Shown in pieces: positions 45,061 through 60,200 of a DNA stretch of 64,000 nucleotides. The notes beneath the pieces are model-generated. The model saw nothing but the letters and a program-made list of their open reading frames with translations. It had not been told where the DNA came from and searched no databases. Source of the stretch: Haliotis cracherodii (lineage: Eukaryota); contig NW_027266275.1 of assembly GCF_022045235.1 (NCBI RefSeq), forward strand, positions 28,396,001 to 28,460,000, read 5' to 3'. Position numbers and translations under genes: made by a program. Numbering within the stretch: the stretch's first letter is position 1; each line of letters starts with the position of its first letter.

Positions 45061-48000
45061 TTGACCGAGCAGAATGTTACGAGGTTTAGGGTTCAGATCA
45101 GTGGTTAAATTTGCACTTTTGGACTGCCAACTTAACTTGTTTTCCCTTCCTGTCACTTCCATCACATGTCCAGTACAAGATGTGAGATGATGTGTTGGTG
45201 GTTACGACTCACTACATCCCTAAACTCTACTTCGGAATTTGAAGTAGAATTGTTACAGCCCTTCTGCATGCAAGCTTATGGATTATTGATATTTCAGATT
45301 TCATATATAGGTTATAACAACAATTTATTGAATTCAGATTTGTTTCTCATTACTCAACAAGAACTAGGACATCTCAACAAGCCAAATACACAACTTCCAC
45401 CTCCTTGCAAGCATCTGGATAGGATGTACTTGTGGCAGAATAATGCAGTGCTGTTCTTGTGTCATGTTGGCATGGAAATCCTTCTAGAGCATGCTGCTTG
45501 GTCTGAAGGAAGAGAGCTTTGGCACCTCTTCCTATAATCATTTTACTATCAAGACATGATTTTTCAATATGGTATGAATAACGAGGGCCTGTACTACCAA
45601 TTATAGAGCACCAAAAGTCTTTCAGTTCAGTAGATAATTGGGGCAGTGGATTTCCAATGACTGTTTCTCAACCTCAGGCAAAGGTTACTAGTTCAACAGA
45701 CAGTATGCCTCTTTGACTAATGGCAAGGGCATATTTAGAGTCAGTGGCGTAACATTAATGACACTAGGTTTGCAGACTTCCTATCTTTTCCAGCGCCAGT
45801 CAGTGATTTGCCGTGTGTATGGCCCCTGAGCAACCCGTTTTTTATGTACATTGATAGAATGGACTGGATTGATTTGTTGAGTTATGGTGTGCATGGATGT
45901 TTGTAGTGTCTAATCAGAGGGAAGAGTTGATATGATTTGTGGTAGATATCTTAAAATCAGTTGCCCTGGGTACAAGAGGTGCAGAGTCCTGGTGAAACAA
46001 GGTTGTATGAAGAAGGGAAGCGATTTGATGAGAACTAGTTTCAGGAGTTGGCATCCTTAGTCAGGCAAGCAGTCCGTGACGTTATCAGTCTGGGTATTTG
46101 GTTGATACGTAGGTATGCCTGTCCAGCCCAGTTTGTGGTCACAGCATGGTCTGTGTCACAGGTTTTATTACAGAAGTTAACAAGGTTTTTCTCGCACACA
46201 GATTGCCTTAAAATATCGATTTTATGAAATCAATTAAAGTTTTTGGCGCCAAGAGAGATTGCACTGGTTGAGGGAGGTGAATGAGAGGAGAAAGTTTACT
46301 GACACCATGGTGGCCTGATGTTGCAGTGTTTGTAGCGTTGGATTGATAACATCAAAAAGAGAAAGAATCAGATTGGAAACAGTGTTTGTCATCCATGGAT
46401 CATTCCATGAAAAATGTGATTCATTCATTTGCACTTGTAATTGTTATGTCTTTATGTAACTGTGGGCAGACTTGGGTCTCTGTTAGATCCACATCATCAG
46501 CAAACATGTCTGTGTTGTCATGTTAGTGTTCATGTGCTGATGGTGGAATTCCGATGTTGGAAGGGATTCTATCATCCCCAGGTTCCTTTTAGTCTGAATG
46601 TGTTTGATAACATTCAAGCTGCCTGGGAAACCATCACACCAATAGATCTTCTCAAGATCTTGAACTTGTTTGTATAAGGAAAACATGTTTCAGATTTTAT
46701 AAATATCGCTTTCTTTGTAAATGTAGTTTGTTACCATGGTTACATTATCCATGCTTAAGTATGTTTTGTGTCGCCTGAAATTGAGATTCTGTCTGCTCTC
46801 TCCTGTGATGAGAAACCATGGTCCTCGTGTTTTGATTACAACTTAGCAGGGACATTTTACATCTGGCTCAGTTCAGAGTGTCTTCTTCTCTCTTGTCTGA
46901 TATTTTCCAGGTTGTGTTCATGCCTCCTTGGAATATCACTTTACATCAGGGATTGGTTGTTTCATCCAGGAATGTTGTGAAAAATTGACTCTCCCATTTT
47001 GAAACCTTCAGGAAATATTTTGTTAGCATTCCTTCACATGAAACCAAATGAGTTTTCATCATAAAGGTCGAAAATGACTTGCCTTTACTGAGGACTTATC
47101 TCCTATTTTATGCTGACACTGCAGTGACTGAAATCATGTTCAAAGCAGCATTAAACCCACTGACAAGATAAGGCAAGGAAGATTATCCAGTTGAATCTTA
47201 TGTCGGACACCTCCATATTGTGAACAAATTGTGTATTCCATGCCAATAAACCTGATTGACATCAGCCTTCAAGAGTTGCGGTGTTCACTGTTCAGCGAGA
47301 GTGAGGATAAGCTTCTGGCTGCTGTCAGTCAGCCTGTATCTTCTCTAGAGGCCTCCGTCTTCGCAGTCAATAAGGCATGGGCCAGGAAGACAGGGTCCTT
47401 GGGTCAGGAAGTGTCTCCCAACAACAGTCCTGCATCCATCTGTACAGTTTAGATAACTGCATGCAGATCAATAATGGCGGACTGCTGGACAGAGCAGGAT
47501 GTTAAGGGTCCACCTGTGTCTTATAATCAAATTACAATCAAATCCACATCTGAAGAAATCAGATGTGAGGAAGTCAGTGGTAAACCATGTGCTTGTCCTT
47601 ATGAGGATAGAAAGATTCTGTTTTCCATGCTATGTAATTATAAGGTCTTACTAACTAATATATACCAGTCAGCGATAGTTAAAAAGGGACAAGTTGAAAT
47701 GAAAAGTATATATCAACAAGTATGGGTTTGATCTATGGATACTTACAGTAAGATACAGCATTTAGTGCCTTTTCATTCATCTTTTTTCATTTTGTTGAAT
47801 TTTGAATTTTTTTGAATAAGCTCATCCATAAAAGAAATGGTTTGTCCTGACAAAAAGATGTTAACAGTTAATTGGTCAAAACTCTCCCATGCATGTTTGC
47901 CACGACATGTTTGCCATTCCAGTTCCCCCATCCCAGTTCCCAACCCCCTTGGGGACCCTTCTGTGATTTAATCAGCATTTTCATAAATGAAATTTACTCA

Positions 48001-48668
48001 CTGCCCATATAAGGACAAACATCTTCAACATGTCCTATTTTCTGTTATCAAAACACTGTTTTTCTTAAGTGCATTTCCAAAAGGTTATGATGTTTTCTGA
48101 ATACAAAATATCAAGGATCACGATGAGTTGATGTTATCTGCTTGGATTTCCTCTAACGATTTGCCTCTTTGGGCCATGTACACCGGATATTATGTACCGT
48201 ATACCTTGATTAATTCCCTTCCAACATGATGCACTGAGCCAATGTGACTATTTTCAAGTACACTGACTCTGTGATGCCTGTGTTTGTCATGCTACTGACT
48301 GAAATATGAAGGGGGCTCTTTCCAGTGTGGTAATCACTTGTTGTGACTGAACAGTGTTGTCATGGGGGATCTTTACGGCCTCACTGCCTGATCAGCTTTC
48401 CCAATTTTAATGTCATTTTGGCTAAATCTATCTGGGACACAAAAATTGGATTTTTCATTTGCAGCGATAGAATTATTAATACTTTTCCCTGACGTAACTA
48501 TGTTAAAAGTGTCCTTAAGGCTAAAAGAAATGTAATCTATTACAAGGTTTTTTTATGTCCTCACAAGAGTTGATATTTAGACAATGAAATTAACCCACAA
48601 AAATACACTTGTGTACACATAAGGCCTACATGGTGTAAGCAGTGTGTCTCCCTGTTCATGTTGGTTTC

Positions 48669-48925
48669 GGGGGCGGTCAGGTAGCCTAGTGGTTAAAGCG
48701 TTCGCTCGTCACGCTGAAGACCCGGGTTCAATTCCCGACATGGGTACAATGAGTGTAGCCTAACCAGCAATAGAAACTGACAGTTTTAGTCCACTAGTTC
48801 TTATAATGATAACATATACCAATACCCTTAAAAAGGGCTGATTTCAACTGCATAAGTTCATATGATACCTTAACTATTGGGAGGTTTGGCATGGACTTTA
48901 GGACGAGTGCAAATTTTAATGCTCT
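48669..48925 (+). mobile_element. tRNA-derived SINE head followed by a diverged copy of the 37291 MITE
   Basis: TAGCCTAGTGG A-box and GGTTCAATTCC B-box, then gtccactag..ttataatgataacatata..cccttaaaa shared with 37291-37447. Confidence 0.7.
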
Positions 48926-50137
48926 TAACTATAGCAATATGAAAGAATTGTGTGGGGGTGGAATATTGGGTAATATATCAACTTACTCCTGTCAACAGTC
49001 AGGGTTACTGTAGCAACTGAACTATACTCCTGTTCTGCTTGCTGAATCCTTTAACTTTAAGCGTGCAATATGACCAGGCCTGGAAGGTGGCAAGGACGAC
49101 ATCGTCTTCTGGTTACTACTACACTAAAGAATCAATGTCTATGATATATTGATGACCTTTGCATCAATGAGTAATGCCCTATGGCAACATTTCTTGATGG
49201 ATGAAGGTGTAACAGTTAAGGAATTCCCACAAAATGACATGAAAATGCTTTTTTAGGTAGTGTGACCAGCATGGGGGTGAACAGTTATTGATGCCATGCA
49301 TATGTGGTTGTGGCAGTTGCTATCTCGAGATCGTCTGTGTTGTACTTAATTTGAGAGGACTCACTTCTGTGAGGCAATCTCTAGCTTTGACTAACGCAAG
49401 CCCGAAACAACAAACCAAACCAAAACCAAAACGTGATTGAGTGTAGGGTATACAAGTTGTGGTTCTGAGATAGTTATGTGGACTAACTCTGATAGGATTT
49501 CAAATCTATGTCCATCTTCATATTTTCATCAATGAGAGGTTGGTAATGACAAGTGTGACTAAGATTGATAAGCTGATGAAACTCTTTTTAATGTTCTTTT
49601 TGATGTCAGAATTGATTTTATAAAAATAGGCCAGAAAAAGAGCCTTCCATTTCAGTTCAATCATGGATAATGCTATGTACAAAAGTCGAATGCTTTGTGT
49701 TGTGGAGGGTGAATTATTCTGAAGTATTGGACTCTAGACAACTACGTTTCCTGCTGGCCGTCTGTCAATATACAAAGGTAGGAGACATAAAATCAATAAA
49801 GTTGGACACTAAGGTTTGATGTTTTCACAAAATAATCAGCTCATGTATGTTTAAATAGTGATGTTTACGCTTTCTTTGATGTGATGAGAAGGAATGAAAC
49901 TGATTTTTGAAGGAAAATAGCAATTATACCCTGGTAACAGGAAGTGTATGACAATGTCTCGACTACAACGATAGAAATGTTCCTCACAATTGTAATGTAA
50001 TGGGGTATGTAGATCTTCAGATTTTCCAAGAGAAGATTGAGGAAGAAGATTCTGATGGTATGTGGCTACATTTGCGCAATCTCCACTATGGCAGTTGTCT
50101 CCCATGATCAGTGGTTATGTTGAATTGGTCTTTGAAC

Positions 50138-50553
50138 CAGGGGTCTGAAAAATTTAAAATCCCAATCGGACATTTGCATTAGGCCACACCCCCTTCAAAT
50201 AGCGTATTTTAGTACGACTTTTAGTTTACGAGAAAATACACACGGTTATCTTAATCTCTGCATATAAAACAATGCCTTTGAGAGCAGGAAAATACATTTT
50301 AAATGGTAAATCATCATGTCTGGTGATGTTTTATATCAAATTTTATACTTTTATTGACCAAGTTTGTTATACCTGTTTATTCACCTGAATTCGCTGAAGG
50401 GATACGATAACGCTCATCAATTATTTTGACCCCGTTTGTTTTTTAAAATGTCTGGACAGAAAAATTTAAATGTCCGGTAAGCAATATTTTAAGCCAGACA
50501 TTTGAGATTCCCAATCGGACATGTCCGGCGCATATGACTGTTTCAGACCCCTG
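50138..50553. mobile_element. hAT-like MITE
   Basis: TIRs CAGGGGTCTGAAA / TTTCAGACCCCTG. The 8-bp flanks CTTTGAAC and CCTTGTAC match at 6/8 positions, consistent with a decayed TSD. Confidence 0.8.
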
Positions 50554-51039
50554 CCTTGTACTTTAATGCAATAACATTTGCAAGAGTTCTCTGAGCTCGT
50601 CACAACATAGCCTTCATAGGCTTCAGGGAGAGTGGAGGGCTCTGCCACACATAAAGAGATGCAGACCACAGTGAATAATGAATGATGAGACTCTGTCAGC
50701 TCAATGAAAAACCAATTAGGTTTCTTTAGGCCATGTGTTTATGTACTCAATGATGACCTTGCTGTAAGAATTGTCTCTGTTAGGAACATGAGTCACTTCA
50801 TGCTTTCCTTCTTCATTTAAATGTGTGGTGGGCTTATATATATATATATGTACCGGTAAGTGGTTATGGCTTTGGCTCATCATGCAGAAGATCCAGGTTT
50901 GATTCCAAAACGTGGGGGACAGCATGTATATTGTACAGTCAGTTCCTGGTGACCTGTATCGGGATATGGACAGAGTAATGTTAACATACTGTAACGGCAC
51001 TAAAGCCTAGCACCCAACTCCTTCAACCACTCAAGTATC

Positions 51040-51886
51040 GCAAACACTAATTATCTTGAAGTGAGCTATAACACTCACTCACACAATCAAATATCTGAGA
51101 CACTGATTATCCTGAAGTGAGCAATAACACTCACTCACTCACCTAATCAAATATCTGAAATACTGATTATCCTGAAGTGAGCAATAACACTCACTCACTC
51201 ACCTAATCAAAAATCTGAAATACTGATTATCCTGAAGTGAGCAATAACACTCACTCACTCACCCAATCAAATATCTGAAATACTGATTATCCTGAAGTGA
51301 GCAATAACACTCACTCATACACCCAATCAAATATCTGAAATACTGATTATCCTGAAGTGAGCAATAACACTCACTCACTCACCCAATCAAATATATGAAA
51401 TACTGATTATCCTGAAGTGAGCAATAACACTCACTAAATATCTGAAATATTGATTATCCTGAAGTGAGCAATAACACTCACTCACCCAATCAAATATATG
51501 AAATACCGTATTCGACATGATAAGTGCCCAGGGCGCTCTTAAAATTAGAAATAGGGGGCTCTTATTAGAATATTATTTTGGTGAAAAACAACAGGGTTAT
51601 AAGTTCATAAATTTCGTGGTTTATGCTGACAGCCTGAAATGTTTATTACGACAGATGTATTTTTCCAGAATCTAATTTCCCACAATTAAGGATGCACATA
51701 ACACACGTATTATACAAGAATAAATAAGTCTTGTGTACATTGATCAATTGGAAGGGGTGCTAATTGGGATTGTTCACTAGCCAATATATTAGCAAATATC
51801 GCCGTGGGTGCTTATTAGAGCGGGGCTTATTACGTCGAATACGGTACTGATTATCCTGAAGTGAACATTAACACTCACTCACTCAC
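51040..51886. repeat. 60-bp minisatellite (TACTGATTATCCTGAAGTGAGCAATAACACTCACTCACTCACCCAATCAAATATCTGAAA), about 9 copies, interrupted by a MITE
   Basis: Exact 60-bp register at 51121-51420; the unit resumes at 51847. Confidence 0.95.
51504..51846. mobile_element. pogo/Tigger-like MITE family C inserted at a TA in the minisatellite
   Basis: gaaaTA-CCGTATTCGAC..GTCGAATACGG-TActgattatcc. Removing it restores the satellite unit. Confidence 0.9.
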
Positions 51887-54676
51887 AGAATGGATTGGGA
51901 AATTACAGTTGTTTCTGTAATTGAGGGCTGCTAACCTCTTGTAGACCAGACGGAACCCTGAACATGCTGAAGCTGGCCACAACGGGCTGAGTTGTGACTG
52001 GAAACAGGCCTTGCTGACAACAATGGCTACCTGTGATGGGGTCCAGAATTGATTGCTGTGCTATATTCTGTATGTAATTCTTGGACTTAATCAATGAAAG
52101 CTAGGGCTTGAATGAGTTTCTCTTTTCTTGATTCCCAGCGGGAATCAGTTCTACCAATTGTGATGGATAAGATAAAAAAGCAGATGATATCTGTGCAGTG
52201 TTAAGTTTATCTTTGTTGACCTTCACCAAATGGCACATTGTCCATCCATCTGTTCATCTGGCTTTATGGGCATCAACCAAGCATTAATGACATGGAAAAA
52301 GGCTTTTGATGTTTTGCCAGTTGTTAAGTTTTAACACATGGTTCATGTATCTAATAATTAGGAAGAATGTATGTGTTGCTGTTGTCAGACATTAACAGTA
52401 ACTGAAGTCACGTCATTAATCATGATAATTATGAAACCTTGCATTCTTTTCACAATGAAAAAAGGATGATAGAATTTCAACCAAGTTATAACACATGCTA
52501 CATCGACATGTTAACAGGGAAAACAAGTTACTGTATTCACCCTAACAAGAGCCCATAGTGCTTAGGAAATTGATAAAGTAAGCACTTAGTAAAGTCATAC
52601 ACAATGGGTTTATTATATTTTCAGAGATTGGGCAGTAGTGAAGAAACTTTGTTCCAATATGAGTGAAATTAAAATGCTTTGATAATAGTACCAAGGCAAT
52701 TAATTTACTACCCTTATACACTCTGTTTTCTCAAAAGAATTTTAGAATTGGTGAGAGAAAATCTGGACTGTAATGTAAATGTTCTGTCTTACTTAAGAGG
52801 CACTTACAAAGATTATCTGTACAAATTGGCCTAGAAGTGGGTTAGTGGGTACTTGTTGGAGCTGAGTGAGGGCACTTATTACAATGAGTATGTTTTTTTT
52901 CCTATGACTTGCCTGGTGCATGGTAACATTAAGGCAGATTTTTAAAATATAAGGAATTTCTACTCGTCTGAAGGATTCCTTAAACAGGGGATCAAAGACT
53001 GCTACTGACAAGATGGGGAATGCCTATTGCCTCTCTGTGTTAAATAAAATATCATCCCAGCTGGAAATCACTGTGATGTCACCCTGCCATCTGTACATCC
53101 TTCCAAGTCAAGGCGGAACTCTTTCTAATTGGTCAAGCCTGACAAAGTGCAGGGATGGTGGTGTTTGTAGAGAGCACCTGTTCTCAAGTAGGATGATAGT
53201 GTGATGTCAAGAAAGGGCAGGTGTGAATCTGGAGTGTACCTGACACTCAAGTCTTCTTGTCTGCTGACAGCTTCTCATCATCGGCTCAGCTGAGTCATTT
53301 CATTCCTTGGTTTTAAAGGTAGTCTTTCTGTGAAGATAGAGTTTAAGTGTCAAAATCATTGTTGACCAAAAGATAATATTTTGTGTCAGTCTAACCTTGA
53401 TAACACTGACAAGTCCAAAATTTGAATCCTTTGTGATATATAGAAGTGGAAATGACTAGAAGTAATTGCTTTTAATGAATAAATCTGCAACCCTGATAAT
53501 ATCTACCACATGCTGCTGGCACGTGTTGCTGGTAGTGATGACACAGCTGTTTATGTTATATTCCTCTATATCTGTATGTCAGATGACTCCGTTTTGGCAG
53601 TCTCTCTCCTCAGCCAGTGCAAGACAGCTTGTGCCAGACCCTTATGTCCCAAAGGAAGATAATGGTCACCCTCCAACTACAGGCTCATTTCTTTGTTGGT
53701 TCAGCTCTTTACATAGTTCCTAAGCAAGTTAGCATGGTTAGGGAGTGAGTACCCTTGTTTCACACAAAATATGTTGGCTGTATATGGAGCTGGCCTGTAA
53801 ATATTCCAGCCTGAGACAAGCAAACCAGTGGTTGATAGCATGAGCAGCAATCCATGCTGATGGGTACAATGACACACCAGTCACCATAGAGTGCTTGGAC
53901 TTGGTCAGGGTTTGATTCACTACTTGGGGATAATTTGTGAAGTTCCATTCTTTCTGTCATTTGAGGGACGGGGCTGTGTCCCTTATTTGCCCCTATTAAG
54001 TTTCTAGGTTTTGTCAGCATAATGCCTATGTTCAAGTGGTAAACTTCAAGATCTACATCATTTTGGACTGTTAAATTCACTCACTCACTCACTCACTCAC
54101 TCACTCACTCACTATCATTTCTGCTGTTATATTGCTGTTAATATTGTTGTTATTATTGCCTTGAGCATTATGAAACAAACTTCCCAGCCAATACATTTTT
54201 TGAACAATTTATGAAGTTCTTTGAAAAGAGATAATTTCAGTGTATGCGGAAACCTGTGTTAAGCAGGTCTTGCTCCTCTTTTTGCATTGTGGATGTTGGA
54301 CCATCTGGCTAAGATATACTCGAGTTAAGATCAAGAAGCTATCACTGTTCCTGGTATGCTTGCATGGTGCCATGGAAACAGGTTGAAAAATCAAATAACG
54401 TCTTTACCAATGATTGTTTTAGCCAAATTGGCTAATAGTGTAATATGTTTAGTGCTTAGCAACCTTCCAGGTGACAGATTTGTTCACTGGTGACATTAAT
54501 TACCGAAGCTGTGATGGTGTTTCTTCCACAGAGGCAGTCATGATTAAGTGACATTACCTTGTCACTCATTGTCATGTTCTTTGCTCAGGGGAAGCCAGAA
54601 TTATGTGTGGGTTTTCGAGATTTTTATTACCCAGTGTACACTTTTGATAGGATGACCTTGATAACTTCAGTCCTAA

Positions 54677-54969
54677 TACTGTATTCGATGTAATAAGCGC
54701 CAAGGGAGGTCTCAAAATTAGAAATAAGAGGCACTTAAAAAACAGAGTTGAAAGATAAATTTCGTGGTTTATGCTGACAGCCTGAAATGTTTATGTACAA
54801 CAGATATATTTTCCAGAATTAAATGCCCATAATTAAGGGTGCATGTAACACACGAGTGTGTATTATACACGATTAAATAAGTCTTGTGTACATTGATCAA
54901 TCGGAAGGGGTGCTAATTGCCAATATCTTAGTAAATGTCGCCTTGGGCGCTTATTACGTCGAATATGGT
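54677..54969. mobile_element. MITE family C, diverged copy
   Basis: TACTGTATTCGATGTAATAAGCGCC..GGCGCTTATTACGTCGAATATGGT; the body matches 51504-51846. Confidence 0.8.
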
Positions 54970-56364
54970 TTGCCATTTGGCAGTCAAATTGTTTCTGTGG
55001 GTTTCACCAAGTGGTAAATGTGAGATCTGCAACACTTCAGGCTTTCCACCCACATTATATGACATACCTAGATACGACTGAAATACTGTGCAGAGTTCGA
55101 TTAATCCCTAGGCATTCATTTAAATTGTCTCTTTCAGTTTCAGTGATAAATTTCAGGAGCAAAACTGATGAATAGGGGAAGAGTGATTCTATTTAATAAA
55201 GTTGACATGTAACAGGCTGTTCCTTACTGCAATACCTGATAAATCGTTGGTTTGTGTGCTGTATTCACCCACACTATTCATGGTCACGTTAAGTACATGT
55301 GTTCATCTGCAATATGTTGGACTTAAGTGTTCATATCATGTGGTCAGTGACAAATGCTTGATGGTTGTGTTAAGGCAGTGTTAAATACATGTTTGTTTAA
55401 GGTAACATGTCCTTAACAGATATCAGTTGTTAGCTAAAAATATATTATGAAAAAAGAAAAACATAATATGTTTTGGTGAGTTTTCTGGAATAGGATAGTT
55501 GGAATGAAAACGGGTCAGGAGAGCTTAGTGCAGTGACGGGCCTGTCTTGTTGCCTGAAACACAGATATTTTATTTTGGCCTTATGGCACTTGTATACAGC
55601 ACTGCAATGCAGATAGCGGAACAAAGCTATTATCACATTAGGTAGTGAGCACAGTAACAGCTGATGAGAGCCATTACAGCAGCTATAGCACTAGCTGACT
55701 GGAGATGTGTGAATAGGTGTCACTGTCATGAATACACTAGACTCTCTGGCAATGAACTTTCTGTGAAGTGTGCTGCCATCAAGTTTGGTCTTAATGCCTG
55801 CATGAAATCGTTCCAATGTGATCCTTGATTATATTGGTGAATGTTCTCAAATTTGAAATTTCAATTAATCTAGAAAATGAAAATAGTGAAATAACATTGT
55901 GTTGTCAAAGAGGACTTAAGATGAGATATTCATACTGGTGTTACAAGCCACCTATTGCTAGAGGCATGTTACAGATGCTACTTGCCGTACTACTACTTGT
56001 GGATGTAGTAGAGGCTTCACCTGACAATGAAGAAACTGATACAGATTGTCTGCATGATACATACATTGCATCTGGTTAAGACATTAACTCAAGCCTGGTT
56101 GCAGATACAGTTGGCCCAGTGATCATGAAGAGAAGAGAGAAATTCCCTTTTTTTGTTGTAGTGTCTTCCTGTATGTATGATTTTTCAATAATTTTTTTTT
56201 TTCAGGGTTGAGTTTTATGGTTGTGTTGTTTTTTTAGCATGGAGAAGAATTCAGTGGTAGCACACAGATCAAGCAACTCAATGGATATTTCCAGTGCACA
56301 CAACATGATTTCATCTTTCCAGTATGCGATCACCAAGTTTACTACCTAGTTTACTGCCTGGTAG

Positions 56365-56634
56365 GCCCGTGAAGATCCTGGGTAGAATAGGTCTTTTTCA
56401 ACCCCTGCTTGCCGTAAAAAGCGACTATGCTTGTCATAAGAGGCAACTAACATGATCGGGTTGTCAGGCTCACTGACTTGGTTGATGCATGGCATTGAAT
56501 CCCAATTGTGTGGATCGATGCTCGTGATGTCAATCACTGGCTTGTCTGGTTCAGACTTGATTATTTACAGACCATCGTCATATAGCTGGAATATTGCTGA
56601 GTGCAGCATTATACAACAAAGAAACAAAACAAAA
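56365..56634 (+). mobile_element. SINE-like family A
   Basis: Collinear with 44795-45060. Confidence 0.9.
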
Positions 56635-57211
56635 TTGCCTGGTATGATTGTATTATGTACATACTGTAAATCATGAAATTAATGTGATAAATGCGAGTGT
56701 TACGCGCATTAATAAAAATAACACATTATTATCTGGACGTACTGGAGTTATTGCCATATCAGGTTCACTGCTGATGTGAAGAAACAATGCCATGCATAAC
56801 ATTATCAAGCTCACAATATACTATGCAAACCATGTTGTACTTCTCGCCACGTTCACTGTCAATTGAGGTCAGTCTGTTATGCAAGTTCATCAAGCAGTTA
56901 TGACAGCTGACAGCTGTCTCTGTCAGGATCTTTGTCCTTGGTTACTGGTAGTCTTGTCAAGTGGACTCTTAGTAGTCAACATGTCCAAAGGATTATGCTG
57001 ACTGGTATAACAACACTTGGTACCTGCACAAGCGCCATCGGTGATCTGGCCTATCTCATTTGAATAGACATTATCTGGTATTTCCTGCTTTTGATTTCAT
57101 GTCAGTTAGATAAGGTGTCAAGCAGTTGAAGTTAACCTTGTGAAGATGGCAGTTGATATTATTCAATCAAACTTCTATCACCCGTACTGTGTAATGGAAT
57201 TCTAAGTCTAC

Positions 57212-57480
57212 AGGGGGCTTGGGTGGCCCAGTCATCTAAGGTGCCGCATTTAGCTGTGCAGAGTCGCATCCCTTTGTCACGCCAGAAACCTATGATTGTG
57301 GGTTTGAATCCCGGTTCACCCCGATAATGTTTCCATGTTTGTCAGCACCATACCCGTGGGTTTCACCGAAGTGGTAAACGTCTGAGACCTGCATCACTTC
57401 TTGTTTTCCTCCCACATTAAGCTGACACACTGTGATATAACTGGAATACTGTTAAAAGCGGCGTTAACCCAACTCACTCC
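57212..57480 (+). mobile_element. tRNA-derived SINE family B
   Basis: Collinear with 23432-23723. Confidence 0.85.
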
Positions 57481-59980
57481 CTATTACAGAGGTAAATGTG
57501 TCAAACCAAAGCCTTGAATAAAATGATTGCCTGGTTATATTTTCTAGCTCCTATCTTAATGTGGGTTAAATGTGGAGTATTCCCGTATGCTAAATGCTAA
57601 GTTGGTAGTTCTGCTATATTTGCCATGAACTACCTTGAGAATGGTTTCACAGCAAGGTTAATTTCAGCGGGTTATGTTGGGATTAACATTCAGCAACAAT
57701 TATCTCAGTGTGATAGCCCAACTGGAAGTCTGCTAATGTGAAAATTGGACCATTGATAATCATTTTGGCTGATTTCTTACGAACTAACTCATGTACGACG
57801 TTCATGAAAATTGAATGATTGATTAATGGCAAACTGTGATGAATTTGTTATGGAGTAATTCAACTATGTAAATGCTGTGTACCCTTTACAAGGAAAGAAG
57901 AGGAAATCAATTGCTTAAGTTTAAATCTTCAAGTGTTCAGAACTAGTCAAACTTTCCAGTTGATATTTGTTTAGTTCTGATTTGAACTTCATCTTTTCCA
58001 GTTTTTAGTGTACAAGTTCATCCTTTGGCATGATACACTGTGGGGAGTTGTCACACTAGGTGACCTGAATAATTGGGGGTCATTTTACCCCAATTTATGG
58101 ATGCTTTGTCTGAAACTTCTTTGCCTTACCCAGAATAGATTATCAACTGGCTGCCATCGTATAGCTGGAATATGTTTTGGCTACTCCAAACAGCATTCAG
58201 TCACTCACTGGAAGGGTATTATATTACATACATGGTTACTCAGGGCCCAGGAAGCAGACATGTTCAACCATTAAATGCCTCTTCTGTCACGACTGTCTCT
58301 GGTTCAACCATCTACTGACCTAGTTTTCAGGAGATTATTTTGGGAAGGCCAAGTTGTTGTAGGCACTTGAGCATGATGTGTGGAGTTGCATCCCTTACCT
58401 GCGCCAGGATCAGCTTGTTGTAATCAGCCCTGTGTTCCTTGGTTAAACATTTATAGCCTGCTGCATGTTACACTGACAAGCTGGGATGTAAATGAAATAC
58501 TCAAATTGCTCTTCAGTTTTTGCATTTATTGATAAGGATGTTGATGACAATAACAAGAGCAGTCTGTCACTTCAGCCTCTAGAAGACTGGTCAAATGTCT
58601 TTCTGTATAGCTCATAATAGCTCACATAGTCATATTTAAGTTACGTCTACTTGAAGCGTATTGTTGGTAGTCCTTTACATGCAATACCTCGTATATTGTT
58701 TGAACCAGCATAAAACTCAATGCAACCACTTTTACTGATGACGTGATCCATATCATACTCAGATCCGAACAGCCATTCTCCATAATACTGAGAGTCTGTG
58801 ACTTCAAACAGTGGTCCTAAGTCCTCAGTTTGGGTCTGTAAAGTATCTTGATTCAACAACTGTGTAAATTATTGCTAAAAATATGAGACAAAAAAGTCCA
58901 TATTTTAAGATAAAAATTAAAAACATATTCAGTCTCACAAACTCAAAATTTGTTTGCACAATACAAGAACGGTCTGTTTAATCAGCCTCACAGAAAATTG
59001 TGTTTGTCATATCATCCCACTTCGAGCAATGCTTTTCCAAGTAAAATACACACAAACAGGAATGAAAAGAACTATATCTGATCATCATGATTAATATTAT
59101 CCTGTTATTGCAAAATATGCTTTCATGGGTTTAATTTAACTCCCATTTACTAAAATGAAGCTTTGAAACACTTCACTGATGTGCAAATATGAGTTTCCAT
59201 GGCAGTTGTTTGACGTTACTGTCAGGATGAAAATCGGCTTAAATGGAAGCGATGGTAAACACCTGGTGTTAATACTGGATCACCCATCTGTGTTGTTTTG
59301 TGGTACGTTCAGGTGTAAACTAACAGCAAGCTTAATATTTATTGATCTCAATTGAAGTTGGAAGGCGATTAGATTGAATTTAGTAAACGTCCAGCTTGCT
59401 AAATGTGTTTGAAAATAGTAAAAGGTCTTTCAGTGAGACTTTAGAGCAGCCACTGAAACTGGAGAAGATTATAGCGTATTGATTATCAAATGCGTATTGA
59501 CAATTGTGATGTATGAATTCTGAAAGGATGTAGTTCTAATGGACCTGTATTGTGAACGTTGGTGTTGGGGAAAGGTCACACTTTTTCCCAGTATAAGGAA
59601 TCTATCATAAAATGATCCTTCTAAAGAGTGATTCATATCCCTAAGTCAGTACGTTAGAATATTGACTTCCTTCATAGGATAATGGGGGTGGATTAAGGAC
59701 GTAAGGGGTTACTGTGTCTGCATCTCCGGGAATTATGGGATGCATAATCAGTTTCTGTTTGACAGTTATTTGATTGGTGGGAAATAATGTCACTGGGAAC
59801 AATGACAATATGTGCATGTCTCATTCCTGGACCAGAAAAACCAATGACTGAAAGCATGACCAATGCATCCTCAAGACATGTTGACATCCAGAGTTCTTGA
59901 ACCTGACAACCTCAACCTTCAGTCAGCTTCTTATGATGAGCACAGGAAAAAGGGGAGCAGTTGTTACTCAGAGTGCCCAT

Positions 59981-60200
59981 AGGTGTAGGTGTAGATGTAG
60001 ATGTAGGTGTATGATTAGGTGGAGGTGGAGGTGTATGATTAGGTGGAGGTGGAGGTGTAGGTGTATGATTAGGTGGAGGTGGAGGTGTAGGTGTATGATT
60101 AGGTGGAGGTGTAGGTGTATGATTAGGTGTAGGTGTATGATTAGGTGGAGGTATATTATTAGGTGTAGGTGCAGATTTGGTGTAGGTGAAGGTGTAGATG
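59981..60200. repeat. Compound microsatellite (AGGTGT/AGGTGG/ATGATT hexamers)
   Basis: Directly visible. It explains the RC/RW-rich and HL-rich ORFs. Confidence 0.95.

Noticed and set aside
45960-46690. Possible decayed retroelement ORF on the minus strand
   Set aside because: I could not identify RT or endonuclease motifs by eye.
47231-47731. Two adjacent 73 and 85 aa plus-strand ORFs
   Set aside because: No recognisable homology and no convincing splice signals.
48669-48745. tRNA gene
   Set aside because: It has A and B boxes but no proper acceptor-stem pairing, and related sequences with SINE tails occur at 28991 and 42300, so it is a SINE head.
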